A stretch of 59,030 nucleotides of DNA, the filler included, from Catajapyx aquilonaris (taxonomy: Eukaryota), in NCBI GenBank assembly GCA_000934665.2. It is 2 parts of 2 records of this genome, joined end to end, with 100 filler letters (N's around TTAATTAATTAA, not from the genome) between each part and the next. Parts side by side here need not be neighbours in the genome. Positions count along the whole stretch, not along the records: positions 29,574 to 59,030 come from JYFJ02004788.1; 1 more part is not named here. The stretch is one strand, 5' to 3'. How positions within the stretch are numbered: position 1 is the first letter of the stretch; every line of letters begins with the position of its first letter. The notes under the pieces are model-generated. The model saw only the letters and a program-made list of their open reading frames with translations. It searched no databases and was not told the DNA's origin. This document shows positions 34,792 to 47,678 of the stretch, piece by piece. The position numbers and the translations under genes are program-made.

Positions 34792-37700
34792 TTGCTCTGC
34801 TTGGATTCTATTTATGGGGGTTGCTATTATCACTAATATTGTGAACTTAACACATGATCAATGCAGAGAGAATACAGGGAACTGGACAGTAGACAATAGG
34901 GGGATATTTTCATTACTGTATATGATAAGTTTATTTGCGGTGGTTTCTGCTTTACCATGATCATTGCAGGGGAGAGGGGTAGGCTTTGGTTCTAACTATT
35001 TTTTCAAGGTAAAAGGACATTAAATATAGTGCAAAAGTAGGTAAAAAAATAATCCTGTCCTCATTCACCCTTCCTCCACACCCCAAAGAAAAATACAAAG
35101 TTAAAATAATCTATAATGGAAGTTGTGTTTGCCATAATGTATACTAGTTGTGTGTGTAAAAAAAAAATGGCAAAGTGTTTTGTAAATGGAAGCACTGAAA
35201 CAAAAGGACTGTCTTTGGACTGTTTTCTGTCATAGAGAAAATAAGAAGAGTTACGCATTAAATGCCAGTGAGTGTTTCTCGTCTGCAACTGTGAAACCTG
35301 TGGGCCATTTGTGGTGGGGAGGTGTTCAAGTGTCCTGGATTTTTCCAGGCCCATGTGACAATATGACTTGAAGACTACAGGAGGTGCAAGAAATGAAAGG
35401 ACATGATGATTTACGCACTGTATCGTCTGCTAAATCTGGGTGGGTACGAATATTTTATATCATATGGTGCAATATGCCAAAGTGCGAAGAGGGTAGATGG
35501 CAGGACTCCTTTGTGTGTGTGAGTGTGCGCGTGTGTGTGTGTGAATAGCACTTATATTTTTGTTGTCACGTTGAAGTCCATCCACCACAGTAATTTCGTC
35601 TTAGACCTTTTTTTTTCTACACATATACAACATGTAACATTAGTGAAATTTATTTTGGAGAATAGTGCCCACTCCTGCTGTGTGACAGGGCCTTCCCAGC
35701 CCCCACCCCTTTCCTAATCTCTTCGCCCTCCGAAATGTGACTTTGTTGTATACAAGTAAAAAAAAATTGTGTGACTGAATTCAAATGTTTACCTTCAAAA
35801 AAATAGATGATTAAGACCCTGCAATCCCGATCCCTAAACCGATGCCATTATTTTATGTCATGACTATAACATTTTATGAAAGAAAGAAGTGATGTGAGAC
35901 AGGCAGGATCTGTATTGCCTCTCCCCAGTCATGTAATAATAGAGGCAGGAAGTGTGAGTTTCCACTTTCATAAAGGAGGTCAATTTTTATGTGAAATCCT
36001 TTCACGCATGACGTCACTAGAGTAATTATGTGTCAACTTGAGCTGCCTTTCCTACCTGGTTTTTAGTTGGCACATGATTGCAACAGAATTACTACCTGAC
36101 AATGCTCATGGGAAAAAGCATCCCTTGTTTTTCTATCCAGCTCCTCCCTGCATAGTTTTTTCCTTTGTCCTCCAGTTTCTTTTAGTCTAATTGTTGGTGT
36201 CCCGTTTCAGGATGGTGACACACCAGGTGATAAATGAGAAAAAGCTAAGAGAAAAAAATCCCATCCACACCACGTGTTGTTGCTGTCAAGTGTGTATGCG
36301 TGTGTGGCGTGTGTATATGTGTGTGGCATGGGTGTGACCTGCTTTACATTGTCCTGTTGCCCCTTGTTGTTATTTTTTTAAATGTTTGTCCTCCTCCCTC
36401 CTCTCCCCCCCCCCCTCCTACCCTGTGCAGCATTTAATTAGTAGGAATTATCTGGTGTATTGGTTGCCATCACAGAAGTGAACGATCTCAGACACTGAAA
36501 TATGCGATGGAATGAAAAATTATAAAGGTTTGAGTATGTGGCACACCAGCTGCATTTTATCTGTTTCATTGTTTGTGTTAATTTTTTTTTAAAGTGGTCT
36601 ATATATTTTTGTCATGAAACTATATAGGTTAAACATGACAAAGGATTCCTGCATAATTATGTTTTATTCTATGTTGTGTTGTGCTAAGTGGGAGAACTTG
36701 CAAGGACAGGATAACCTGATGGGTTTGTGTTGGTTTGGTTGTTTTCCTGCTTCCCCTATGCCCTTTACTTTCCTGTCTCTTCACACCCCACCCCACTCTG
36801 TCCCTATTTTAAAGGTGATTCTCAACGGTACTTTCATGGTGTGGCATCAGAACATTATTATGGATTGATATGACCTCTGGGACTTCTTTGCAAAATGTCC
36901 CTATGCTCCCAAGCCCATCAGCATTTATTCTTTTATTTGACCTCAGAAAAAGTCATGCGAGAAACATATCCTGCAGCTCTTGAAAATTCCAAGAAAGAAA
37001 ATGAAATAATGAACCCTCACCTGGTGACATAGTGTTAGATGACATGGGACCATTTTGAACCTGATTTTGATTACACTAAATATTTGTTGCTTCTAATTAA
37101 ACATCTTGAATTAAATCCTTTCAGTAATCTACTAGAGCAAAGTTTTACTTGCATTGTTAATTGATGTAACCTCTTAGAAACCAAGGTGTGTACATTTCTA
37201 CACACATATTTACGTGTATTGGAAAATAGCTAAATAATTATCAGAAAATACTTTTTATTTTGGTAAGTGACAATGTCTTAAATTTATAGAAGAGCAAATA
37301 TATTTGCATTGTAATTTTATTACAGTGTTGCTATTATCATGGTGAAAAGATGTAAACTGCCTGTCATACCTTGCAATGCAAGAAAGTGATAAAACTGTTA
37401 CATGAAATATACTGATGCAGCTGCCTGTTCACTTATAAGCAACAGACTAGATGTGCAGCTCATATTTTTATCTACTATGCAGGATGGTAGGTTATGATGC
37501 TTTAAAAAAATGTATAGGGCGAGTTCATGGGCAGTAAGAAAGTATCTTAATTAGAGGTGTCATTTAGGGCCAGTTTCATGATCAATGATACATACAGATT
37601 AAGCAATTAATCTTGTATTCTGCATTTACCATCCATCGCACAACTGGACCGTAGTTGCCACAGCCTCAGTTCTGAGAAAATTAGCTTTACCCTGAATGGA

Positions 37701-38260
37701 GTGCATACCGAGGGCTTTTGCATGGAGCCAGCCTACCCCACTTCCACTGTCTCAGCAATTATTGTCTACTACGCCCAATGAGATGATCTGCTAAAGTGAA
37801 AGCTGCATGGTAACACCTTTCATTTGAAATAAAAAAAGCAAGCATCCCTGTAGAACACATACCTGCCATGAACCATGATACTTGATTCCTGCGTTTGAAG
37901 CCCATTATCTCAGCATGGGGTTGTGTACACAAAATAACACTTCTATGTCAAATGATCTGGGGGTACAGGAACTTTGCTAAAGTGAAGGGGGACAAGTCTG
38001 TACACCAGGGATATCACATTTTTAAAATGACCATCAGGTTGGCATGACATTTTGCCCCAGATATTCCTGCACTAGATGCCATAATAAAAGTATGGTTTCA
38101 ATTTGATACTCCTGTGTGAGGGAGCATGGAGTGGGGAGACTGCAAATTATTTGTGAGTGTGAGCATGGTAAGGTTGTGGTGAATGGTTCATACAACTTTT
38201 TAGTTTTTCACAGATACATAACTTAATTCCTGGTATCAGTCAGTAGGGAAAGATGTGTCA

Positions 38261-38385
38261 GGGCCTGTTTCACCAAGCCTGGTTTTGATAAAGCCTCGGT
38301 TCTTTTGGAAAATCCCTATTCTATTTGCAGGGATTTTCTGAAAGAACAGGGGTTTTATTAGAACCGGGCTCGGTGAAACCGGCCC
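38261..38385. mobile_element. PIF/Harbinger-like MITE
   Basis: GGGCCTGTTTCACCAAGCC...GGCTCGGTGAAACCGGCCC with TCA/TTA flanks; internally palindromic. Confidence 0.7.
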
Positions 38386-38752
38386 TTAGTTGCACTTTTT
38401 ACCCATGTATGTTGGCAACTGCCATTGGCTATAAACTAGAGGAATGTATGGACTTGACCGGAAAAAGAAACTGGACTGGGGTGAGAAATGTGCATTTTAT
38501 TCCCAGGCTTTGGAGGAAAGTGTGTAAGAATTAAGTACACTAAGAATAATAAACCAACGTTTCTAAAAAAAATTGCCATAGTAATATTCAGCACTTGACA
38601 TATCCAGAATTAAAATTTTACTCCAAAAACAAAATTGTTCATAACCCCTGCTACATTTGACCAATTTTGATGGGACTTCCAAAATTTCCAAAAATAATAA
38701 TAATTGGTGGTGAATGGCCTTTTGTTTGTTCAAGGGCTTTCCAGAGGGAGGG

Positions 38753-38754
<2 letters not shown>

Positions 38755-38802
<48 letters not shown>

Positions 38803-38820
38803 GAGAGAGAGAGAGAGAGA
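38755..38820 (+). repeat. (GA)n microsatellite
   Basis: Directly visible. Confidence 0.95.
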
Positions 38821-39006
38821 TCACTGAATGATTTGCCATGTTGACTGGAGAAAAAGGATACACACATTTTGCCCTCGAGTATGTCACAGTATATTCAGCA
38901 GTTGCAATAAGTATTTGTGCGTTATGCAAAGAGAGGAGCATATTAATGCTTCACTGCATCACATGCTGAACATTATAATAAACCAATACTTTCCGCCAGT
39001 GTACAT

Positions 39007-39258
39007 CAAAGAGTTCTACTATATTATATGTAACTAGAGAGACGACTTGGGGTGAAATGTGAGGCAGGCTAACAATATTACCCTAGTAAAGATGGCAGCG
39101 CCTGACATCATTGGACTAATTGTTGTCCCAGTTGCTAGACAACTGTCAGAATACAATATTACCCTAGTAAAGATGGCGGATGCCTCAGCCTGGGAAAGGG
39201 GAAGGGATAGGGAGTCGTCTCTCTAGTTACTCTATGTATATTATAGCAGAACTCTTTG
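39007..39258. mobile_element. P-element-like MITE (complete copy)
   Basis: CAAAGAGTTCT...AGAACTCTTTG with 8-bp TSD GTGTACAT (38999-39006, 39259-39266). Confidence 0.85.
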
Positions 39259-39527
39259 GTGTACATTCATCTTTTTAAAAAGTGTATGGACTTGGGCTTC
39301 ATAAATTTATACGTTTTGTAGCTATCAAGTGCATCATTCCTCACAGAATGAGCTTTTGTAAGATCCCCATGATGAATTTGTTCTGGTTAATTATGGCACT
39401 TTCCATTACCAGGGTGACTGCATTTCAGTTTTGGTATTGTTACCAATGTGAATGAGAAGAATATCCTGCTAGTTAGAGCATTCAGCCATCAATTGTCTAT
39501 CATCTCCAAAATGGGAATTTGAAATTA

Positions 39528-40109
39528 CAGTAAAACTTCTAAAAGTCGAATCTCCATGGGACCGGGAAAAACTTCGAGTTATAGAAGATTCGAGTTAGAG
39601 AAGTTTGGAATTTTTAAAGCACAGAACTCTGTAAGGAAACCTACCTTTATATCCAGTGACGAAAGGTGTTCATAACTTGAAAATAGCTATCACTATCACA
39701 CTTACAATGTTCCTCATTGTTTTGTTGTGAAAAAATCTCCGTTATGGACATTTGCCTACTCTTAGATTCAAGGATTCAATTGTCACAATTGAGTCAAACA
39801 CTTCTTTCGGTACGTCTGGTAGACGGAGATCAGGAAATTGAGCCTTTCTGTGCATGTGGCCTACTCTCGACCCTTCGGCTGGGATATGAGAAAATTTTCC
39901 GTTGTCACCAATATGAACTTCGACTTAGAGAGACTGAAAATGCATTGACATCCCATCATAAGGCCCTGCCTGCACTTCGAGTTATGGAGAACATCGAGTT
40001 ATAGATATTCGAGTTAGGGAAGTTTATTTCTTATTATTTTACATTGTGACCAACCAAGCTCATAATTTTCTTCGACTTATAGAGAATTTCGACTTAGAGA
40101 AGTTTACTG
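39528..40109. mobile_element. Tigger/pogo-like MITE
   Basis: TA|CAGTAAAACTTCTAAAAGTCGAA...TTCGACTTAGAGAAGTTTACTG|TA with repeated TTCGAGTTA/TTCGACTTA subterminal motifs. Confidence 0.85.
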
Positions 40110-41868
40110 TACCTAGGCCTGCACGCCTGCTTCCCATTTGTGTAACCTGCTGATAAGATAGCAATCCATGGCATTTCTACAGATGCAGATCTGAGCTGAC
40201 ACCTGGTTTAAGGGGTCATGTGACCTAAGACTTAGTTGTACACATTTCCTTTCACACGTGGGAGGAAAGGGTAGTGGGAAATTTTTAAGGTAATGGCCTT
40301 TCCATGTGCAGAAATATATACACCTTGGTCCAACATGTGGACAAATCCTCATGGTACTTTGGGGTTATGCATATATTAATTATTGATTAATTTCATAGTC
40401 TTGGATGCTCGGCTACAACTTGCAGAGGTCCTCTTGAGGTGCAGTAGTGATATCTTATGCGAAGCTTATGACGTTCCACTTCCACTAATATGTTCAAACC
40501 CGATTGTCTTATTTTTAACACAGGTGCATGCCAGTGGTTGTTTAATATTCTGATTATTGTCATGTGATAAGTAAATTTGCACATTTTCATTCATTAGAGG
40601 AATAATTTAAAATACCATGTGTTTCAGAATGGGACTCACATCTGTATCAGTAAAAATGTCGCAGACACTCATTGCCACTGGCTCCTGTTGCCTCACCTTC
40701 GAGGATGGCAGTTACTGTTGGAACAGTGTTAATATGTTGGTTCTGTGCATTAAATGGGTTCTCCAATTAAATGGGTTCTCTAACAGTATGTATGATTACA
40801 AGCCAAACCTGAAGGTTAATAAACGGGCAATTTCACAGGGTGAAATTTCCACCAATGTGAATGCAAACTCAATTTTGAAACACTGTATATACAACATCAC
40901 AACTCCAAAGATTGAAAACTAAGTTGTGTTAAATATGGGAATAGCTGTAAATGGCACCTGTCATTTGTAGAGTAAGACTGCCAGCCATAAAACAGCATCC
41001 TCGTTCAAAAATAGGTGCCTATCCTAGATTCACATCGATGCAAATGGCTGCCAAGGGGTTAAGGGTTTGCTTTCACTTCTGACTTCCTGCCACAACAAAT
41101 AGAAGATTTCCCAAATGTGGATTGGTTTTTGTGGGGTTGTTTCTTCCCGCATTCAAAATAATGAGGTGATTGTTAAAAATGATGCCTCCTTAGGAGACTT
41201 ACAACGGGTAAAAGAATTATTATTAATATAAATCCAAATGACATCTTCATCTTATCACGGGTAAAAATACATGCTTATTATTCGTGTGAAGCCTGTTGGT
41301 TTTGCATATATAGTATACTAGATTAACCATGTTCTGCAATAAATAGATTGCCTTATTGTACAGGAAGAGTTTTGCAAGGTTTGAGTTACCCCCCCCCCCC
41401 CNAAAAAAAAAAAAGAGTAAATTGATTTATTTTTTGAATTTTTGGGGGAAGTTCCAGAGGATGCTTTAATCGAGAATATTGTGGTGATGCCATAGTTAGA
41501 AAGAATACAATGCATATCGTTGAGAATCACTTGATATTCATTTTGTTCTTGGATCGTCAAAGGTATGCATGCCAGTTTGTTTCGATACTCAATTGTTCAG
41601 AACTGGCATTATGGACGAGGAAAAGGTGTTTTATTTTTGTCGAAGCTCCAACACTCTTCATCTTTATTATTTGACCCATCCAAATGCTCCTAATCACATA
41701 CACTTCTTTCTGTGAACTTACCTCTTTTTCTCTTGACATTGTTGTGAAGTGGCATTCATGACACAAAGAGAACCTGCTTTAATCTTGTACACTTATGTGA
41801 AATAAATAGTTCTTGGGCAATGTGTAAATATGCTATTTTTATTGGCCAATTATGCATCTGATGGGGTT

Positions 41869-44800
41869 TTACTTTGCACCTTCCACAATATTGGCAGTTT
41901 TAAGTACAGTTCCTTTCATGTAATCCACTCCCTGAATGTCGATGTTTGGATACAGATCTTCCAGCATCAGACAGACCAGTTCCAGATTTTTAGCTGCAGG
42001 CAGGTTGAAAATCCTCAGTGTCTTGATTTTTCTATGAGAAATAACACTTATGAAGACCAGTTATATTTTCATCCTATAATTAACATCAATCACAATCTGA
42101 TCTACGTCCAGTCAGTTGCCCAACTCCACTAGTAGGCAATGCACTGCAAATCATCACATTCAATTTTAAGACACTTCTGACTGACTTTGGCCCTTCATCT
42201 TCACCACGGCTGTGAGGCCTGACTCCCAAGAGTCCAGTTGGCCAGTAGTACTTGCATTTCGAGTTTTGACAGCGACATTTTTGAAAATTTATTTAGGAAC
42301 TTCTAGACGAGGAAAATTGTTCCATACACATTCATAGTGAACAGAATGAATGTGTAAGTATAACTGTTATTGTTTTTATCTTCAGAATACATGAAAGCAA
42401 ACATCTAGGCGATGGCCTAACAGTTGTCCAGAAGTCCTTCAATTTCAAGTTTTTACAGCAATCTCTTTGAAAATTAATTTCGGGACTTTTAGGCGATGAA
42501 AATGGTTCCAAACACATTCATAGTATTTTGCATGAACGTGTAAGTATATCTATTATTATTTGTAAAATATCTTGTCCTTATCTGTAAGCTCAAATCTAGA
42601 CGTTTTCGGCCGAGCTCGTAACAAAGAGGTTAACCCTGGAACCGCGACCTGCCTGAAAGTTACGTTAACCGTGACGTGGGGTCTTTTAGGCCCCATCCAT
42701 GTTTTAATTTTTATTAATTTTTATATAATACTTTTCAATGTATTGACTATATGCAATCATTCTTTGAACAATGCCTAAAATGATCCCTAATTCAAAATAA
42801 ACATGCACTTCCTGTTATATAGTTTTTTTTAAATGGCAACAGTTCATTGTATAATCATTTAATGCATTTTACTTTGAGGTCCTAAAAGACCCCACGTCAC
42901 GGTTCCAGGGTTAAGAGTAATGTTCTTAACTGTTGGAATGCAAAAAAATGAGACAATTTTTGAATGTGTGCTTTGCTTTGGTGGTAGGCCTCCGTATACT
43001 TAACTGGATTCAGTCTTAATTCATAATTTTGTCAATTCCACTTTTTGAGCCCAATAATTTTATTATATTTCACTGTACCTGCTTTTATACAAAGCTCCCA
43101 GTCCCCGTTCTGTAATTCGAGGGCAATTGCTGAGATCTAAATATTCCAGTGAATCTTGAAATTCACCACAGATACGATCCAAGCACCAGTCATCTATGTG
43201 CTGGCAACCACTGCAGCTGAGCCATGTGATGTCATAGAGTCGCCCTTGTAAAAAAGGAAAAAGGATATAAATACACCATAATAGTAGTGTGTTTTTGCAA
43301 ACAGCAGCATGCCCAAAACTAGTTTTAATGAGTGTTTGATCTTATTTCTAAACTGGAATATCTGTCAAGATTAACAAACAAGCTTACATAAAGGGAAACT
43401 GTGCCTGTATTGAGCTCAATCAAGTAAGAAAATGGGTAGCTTATGAAAATGGGCTACAGGAATCTGAGAATATCCATAGAATATACAGTATGTGGCCTGC
43501 TATGAAACCTCTTTACAAGATGCAGTGCAGTACAGTACAGAAATGCAGAATTTCTAGTAAAGTTCAGATAATTCGAAGATCCAGATTAGCCAGGTCTGAA
43601 CTGGATAACAATATACTGTATTACAACACGTACACACATTTCGTGACTCCAGCAACAATTTATTGCTCATGCCCCTCGGGTTGAAATATGTGGGTAAAGG
43701 TAGCCAGAGCCTAACGCAACATCGGGCAACCCATATTTGAAACATAAATGCGCCTAAATGTCCAGGAATTTGAAAGGAATCCTTTCGGAACATCATTTTC
43801 CTATGCTACTCCATGGAAGCGCGGGGAATATCGTCCCTGGTGCACCGCCAATGGACGGACCCACTTCAGCATTCTACTGTATCGAATGAGTTTAGCCACC
43901 ACACTGTGTATATCCATCTTGGGAACTACAGGCGGCGCTGAGCAGGGCCCACACCAAAGAGAGGCACATCGCATCGATGCCGTCGATCGAAGCACCTATC
44001 CGCACGTTCTTATTTAAACCAATGAGCTGCTGGGGCCTGAGCGCTTGTTCTTCGAACTAGTCATCGATGGCATCGGCGCAATGTGCTTATCTTCGGTCTG
44101 GGCCCTGCTCAGCACCACCTGTGGTTCCGTACTGCATTACCTCCCCGTTAGCCTCCCAACGTGATAAGAGGGGGAGTGACCAGTCCTTATTTATTCCTAG
44201 TCTGTGGTATAGACCTTGATTTGCATTACTTAGGACTGAAGGCAATATTTTAAAATCATTTGATACCATCATGCCACTTCCAACTGTACAGCATTAAGCC
44301 CCTACATCTTGTAATGAATTACTTTTTACTTATGCAATATCTTATGCAGTTGTTTTATTTTGCCATTAATTGGTTCTACCTGACTGTAAGTGGTCTTTTT
44401 TATGTTCCATGTAACTTCTCACTCCATGTAAAAATCTGACTACAATGAACTAAAATATACATACTGAAATTTTCAAGTCCCTCGTACATCAAGGCAGTAT
44501 TGGATGCATCAATAGCTTCAATTTGAAAGTCAGGGTTGTACTTGGATGGCAATGAATATCTTCCTTCTGAATCCTTCCTGAACCATTCATCCCATTTCTT
44601 AAACTTGACAGCTCCTCCCCGATGGACTATGAAGTGCGCAGCAGCTAGATCACAGCCTAAGACCTCCAGTCTGGTGCTTACGAATTGCTGATCAGCTAAT
44701 GCCTTCTTGAGTTGCTTCCGAGCCCACCAGACTTTCAATGTCTTCAAGTTGAGATTGGACTGCATCATGGCAACAACATCAGCAGTGAACATCTGACCTG

Positions 44801-47303
44801 GCTGAAACAAGCTGAAAGCACTTGCCCATTGTCCTGCCTTTTCAGACAAGGGGCTATAAAGAAATGAATAACAAAATAATTAGTATTCCTACATGACATT
44901 GAGCAATCTACTGCAATATTGATGTTTAACCCATTCAAGGCCTATCATGTACAAACATTTGAAACATAAGTAACTAAAATTCATTATGCAAACATACTGA
45001 ATAATGAACATGTGGTACACATTTTTCAAAATTAATGCAGTGTTAGCAATAGACAGATCCATGTAGCGTATTCATTCATTCATCCAGATACTTCATGGCT
45101 TGTCCCTGTATGGGGTAGCCTGCGATGACCAGGTCACACACCTGACCATTAACCTGTACTGCACACATTTAGGATTGTGGGAAGAAAAAAAATCTAACGC
45201 CTTTTTCTCATCATAGGCGATGTAAGGATGGTTTTTATTATGTTTTGGTCATCTCTGACCCAATGACTTTGAAGTTACATGGACTGAGTCAAAAGTTACA
45301 AGTTTTTAAATTGAAAAATGGTAACACATACAGAGATGACCTTTGCTATGTTTTGAAGGTCCGGCAATTACAATTTGATCTGATATATAGATGGCATCCA
45401 TATCGCAAAGGGGGCCAGAAAACTAAAGGCGATCATAACCCCCACCATATCACCGTCTCATGCAGCTCGGGGTGGGGGGGGTGGGGGGTCGCGATCCCCT
45501 TTCGTTTACTGGCTCCCCTTGAGATCTCGGGGCCATCTATATTCCAGTCCAAATTGTAATCGCCGGACCTTAAAAACGTAGCAATGATCGTATCTGTACA
45601 TGTTACCGTTTTTGAATAAAAATGAGGCGTTGATAGGAAAAACAACAGATGTCCAAAAATTACAATTTCGCGGTGATGATATATCTGACCAGGTCTAATT
45701 TAAAACATATAACATATTTAAACATATATATATTTTAAACATATTTTAAAACATTCTATGTGTCACAAAGAAGTCTCTGTAACCCTTGAAAACCTAATAA
45801 AATCCAACAAGGAGTGTTTTTCTCAAAATCATGCTTTTGTGATATCTGTTGTTTTTCCTATCAACATCTCAAATACACAAAATGACTTAGGACTCAAACC
45901 TCAAGCAATACTGTGCCTGCGCTGCCAAAAAATTGTGATGAAATATTGTGCTGGTAAAATTAGAATGGCCTCAAATGGAGACGAGAGAGCTACTCTTGCA
46001 GTTTTACACGTATGTAACTCTACATTTAATATCTGCACCTATATCTAATCAGCTCCAGAAACAATTGCTGCTTCAGCAAATTCAAATTTCGAGCCATTTT
46101 CAATGACCTTGGCTTCTCTCCACTTCATACTGTGTCCTGACGGTGTCATTTGTGGACATTGCTTGTCATCTAGCGGAAGCTAACAAACTAACTGTGACAT
46201 CAAGCCACACTGTGGTTTCCAGGACCAACGTTGAAGCTTATGGCGCCTACGCAAATTAATTGTTGCCCTCAGGCAACAATGCGCAGTACAGGGTTAATAA
46301 AGATGATGATTAATTTCTATATCTCTATAACTTCTATAACTCTCAGGGACCAGAAAAAAAACTAGCAGTGTTCAACAAAAGGTATGCACTGTAACAGGAT
46401 AATCATCTGTTCAGCAGCATGTACGTACTATCGGACGCATAAACAATGTCCGGGGAGATTCTTCGTTCAGCCTGGCAGAGGCAAACCATTGCACAGGTGT
46501 GTACACACACGCTTGTGTGTACGTCCATGCTTATCTGCCAAGTTTTTTCCCTCCTCCCTTAGCTACCCAGGTGCAATGGGTTGCCTCCACAAGGCTAAAC
46601 GAAGAATCTCCCCGGACATTGTTTATGCGTCCGATAGTACACCACACCCTCAGCAACAAGAATGCCCAGTGAATGTTAAGTAAATGTCATATCTGTACAG
46701 TGCCAGCCGTTAACAGGTCTTTACATTACCTACATGCACCCTTTACTTCTCTTATCACAGGTTGGCCATTTGTTTAGTAAAACTAATTTCTAAGTACTTG
46801 CAGGGCCTTTATGCCATATAATAATCCATTGTATACAATATATTACGGACATTAAACCTAGCTATAAACCCATTATTCAGACTGTACTGTAAATGGATCC
46901 TGCCTATACAGTATATGACTAACTCTCACTTTCGAAATGTAACATTACCTGGCATCACGTGGGTCCACCGTCACATCTTAACGTGATATTTAGAATACAT
47001 TGATAAACACACAAAAATCTCAGTATCTCACACCTACTGGTGAACATTCACTTGAAATTACTGAACATCGGTATTGAACACTGCATGTTAAGAACATCCC
47101 TGGAACATTCCTGAACATCGTGTTACAGGGCCAGGTATCTTAAATTACTTATCAAAGGAAGTTCATTACATTCTCTTTTGCTTATCCTGACTAGGGGTAT
47201 CCGGAACGTTGGAACCACCCGTGCTGTACCAACGAAATTGGTGGGACGGTGCTGTCCTTTGAATCAGAGCATGTTGCCAGAAACAACGCGTTAATCGTGC
47301 CAT
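41869..47303 (-). CDS. DMAC2: Distal membrane-arm assembly complex protein 2 (ATP5SL family, mitochondrial LRR protein), 4 exons
   Basis: Exons 47303-47170, 44853-44465, 43244-43079, 42031-41869, phase-consistent. Arg-rich presequence, LGCDLAAAHFIVHRGGAVKF, IEAIDASNTALMYEGLENF, CQHIDDWCLDRI, LEYLDLSNCPRITERGLGAL, LVCLMLEDLYP. Confidence 0.9.
42634..42910. mobile_element. piggyBac-like MITE in DMAC2 intron 3
   Basis: TTAA|CCCTGGAACCG...CGGTTCCAGGG|TTAA plus internal IR CCGTGACGTGGGGTCTTTTAGG. Confidence 0.8.
43922..44128. repeat. Imperfect inverted repeat (about 65-bp arms), probable MITE core, DMAC2 intron 2
   Basis: GGAACTACAGGCGGCGCTGAGCAGGGCCC... vs ...GGGCCCTGCTCAGCACCACCTGTGGTTCC. Confidence 0.7.
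45280..45620. mobile_element. Fold-back element, DMAC2 intron 1
   Basis: 45314-45395 is complementary to 45532-45615; second family member at 2116-2270. Confidence 0.7.
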
Positions 47304-47678
47304 TTTGCATGAGGCGTTTCTTCTATTGCCAAAAAACTCGCCATCTGCAACCAACGACGTATTAAGTTAGAGACGATCTATGGCGGCCATGACGTGTTAT
47401 GGCAAAGTAACAGTTTTTTGAACATGATAACGATGATCGTTTATTAGCTACTAATATTAGGGAGAATGGCTCAAATGCTTTCATTTTTTATTCACTGCAG
47501 AGAGGGGTTATCGTCTTAGATCAAGTATTTCGTTACAATCAAAACATGCATGAGAATAATAAATTGATTATTTCTTATATCAGATATAACATAACGCTGA
47601 TGGCTCTCCCAGGCGGCGTGACTGTGAATTACCCTCTTTGTTTGTTTATTTCAAGAGAAGGAAAGGCAGAGAGTAAAG
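47304..47678. promoter_or_regulatory. Bidirectional promoter DMAC2/ATG14
   Basis: Only 375 nt separate the two start codons. YY1-like ATGGCGGCC at about 47380, TGACGTG at about 47390, AAGATGGCCG overlapping the ATG14 start. Confidence 0.7.

Noticed and set aside
34673..34960. Poly-Ile membrane-protein-like ORF
   Set aside because: Translation of the (ATT)n microsatellite.
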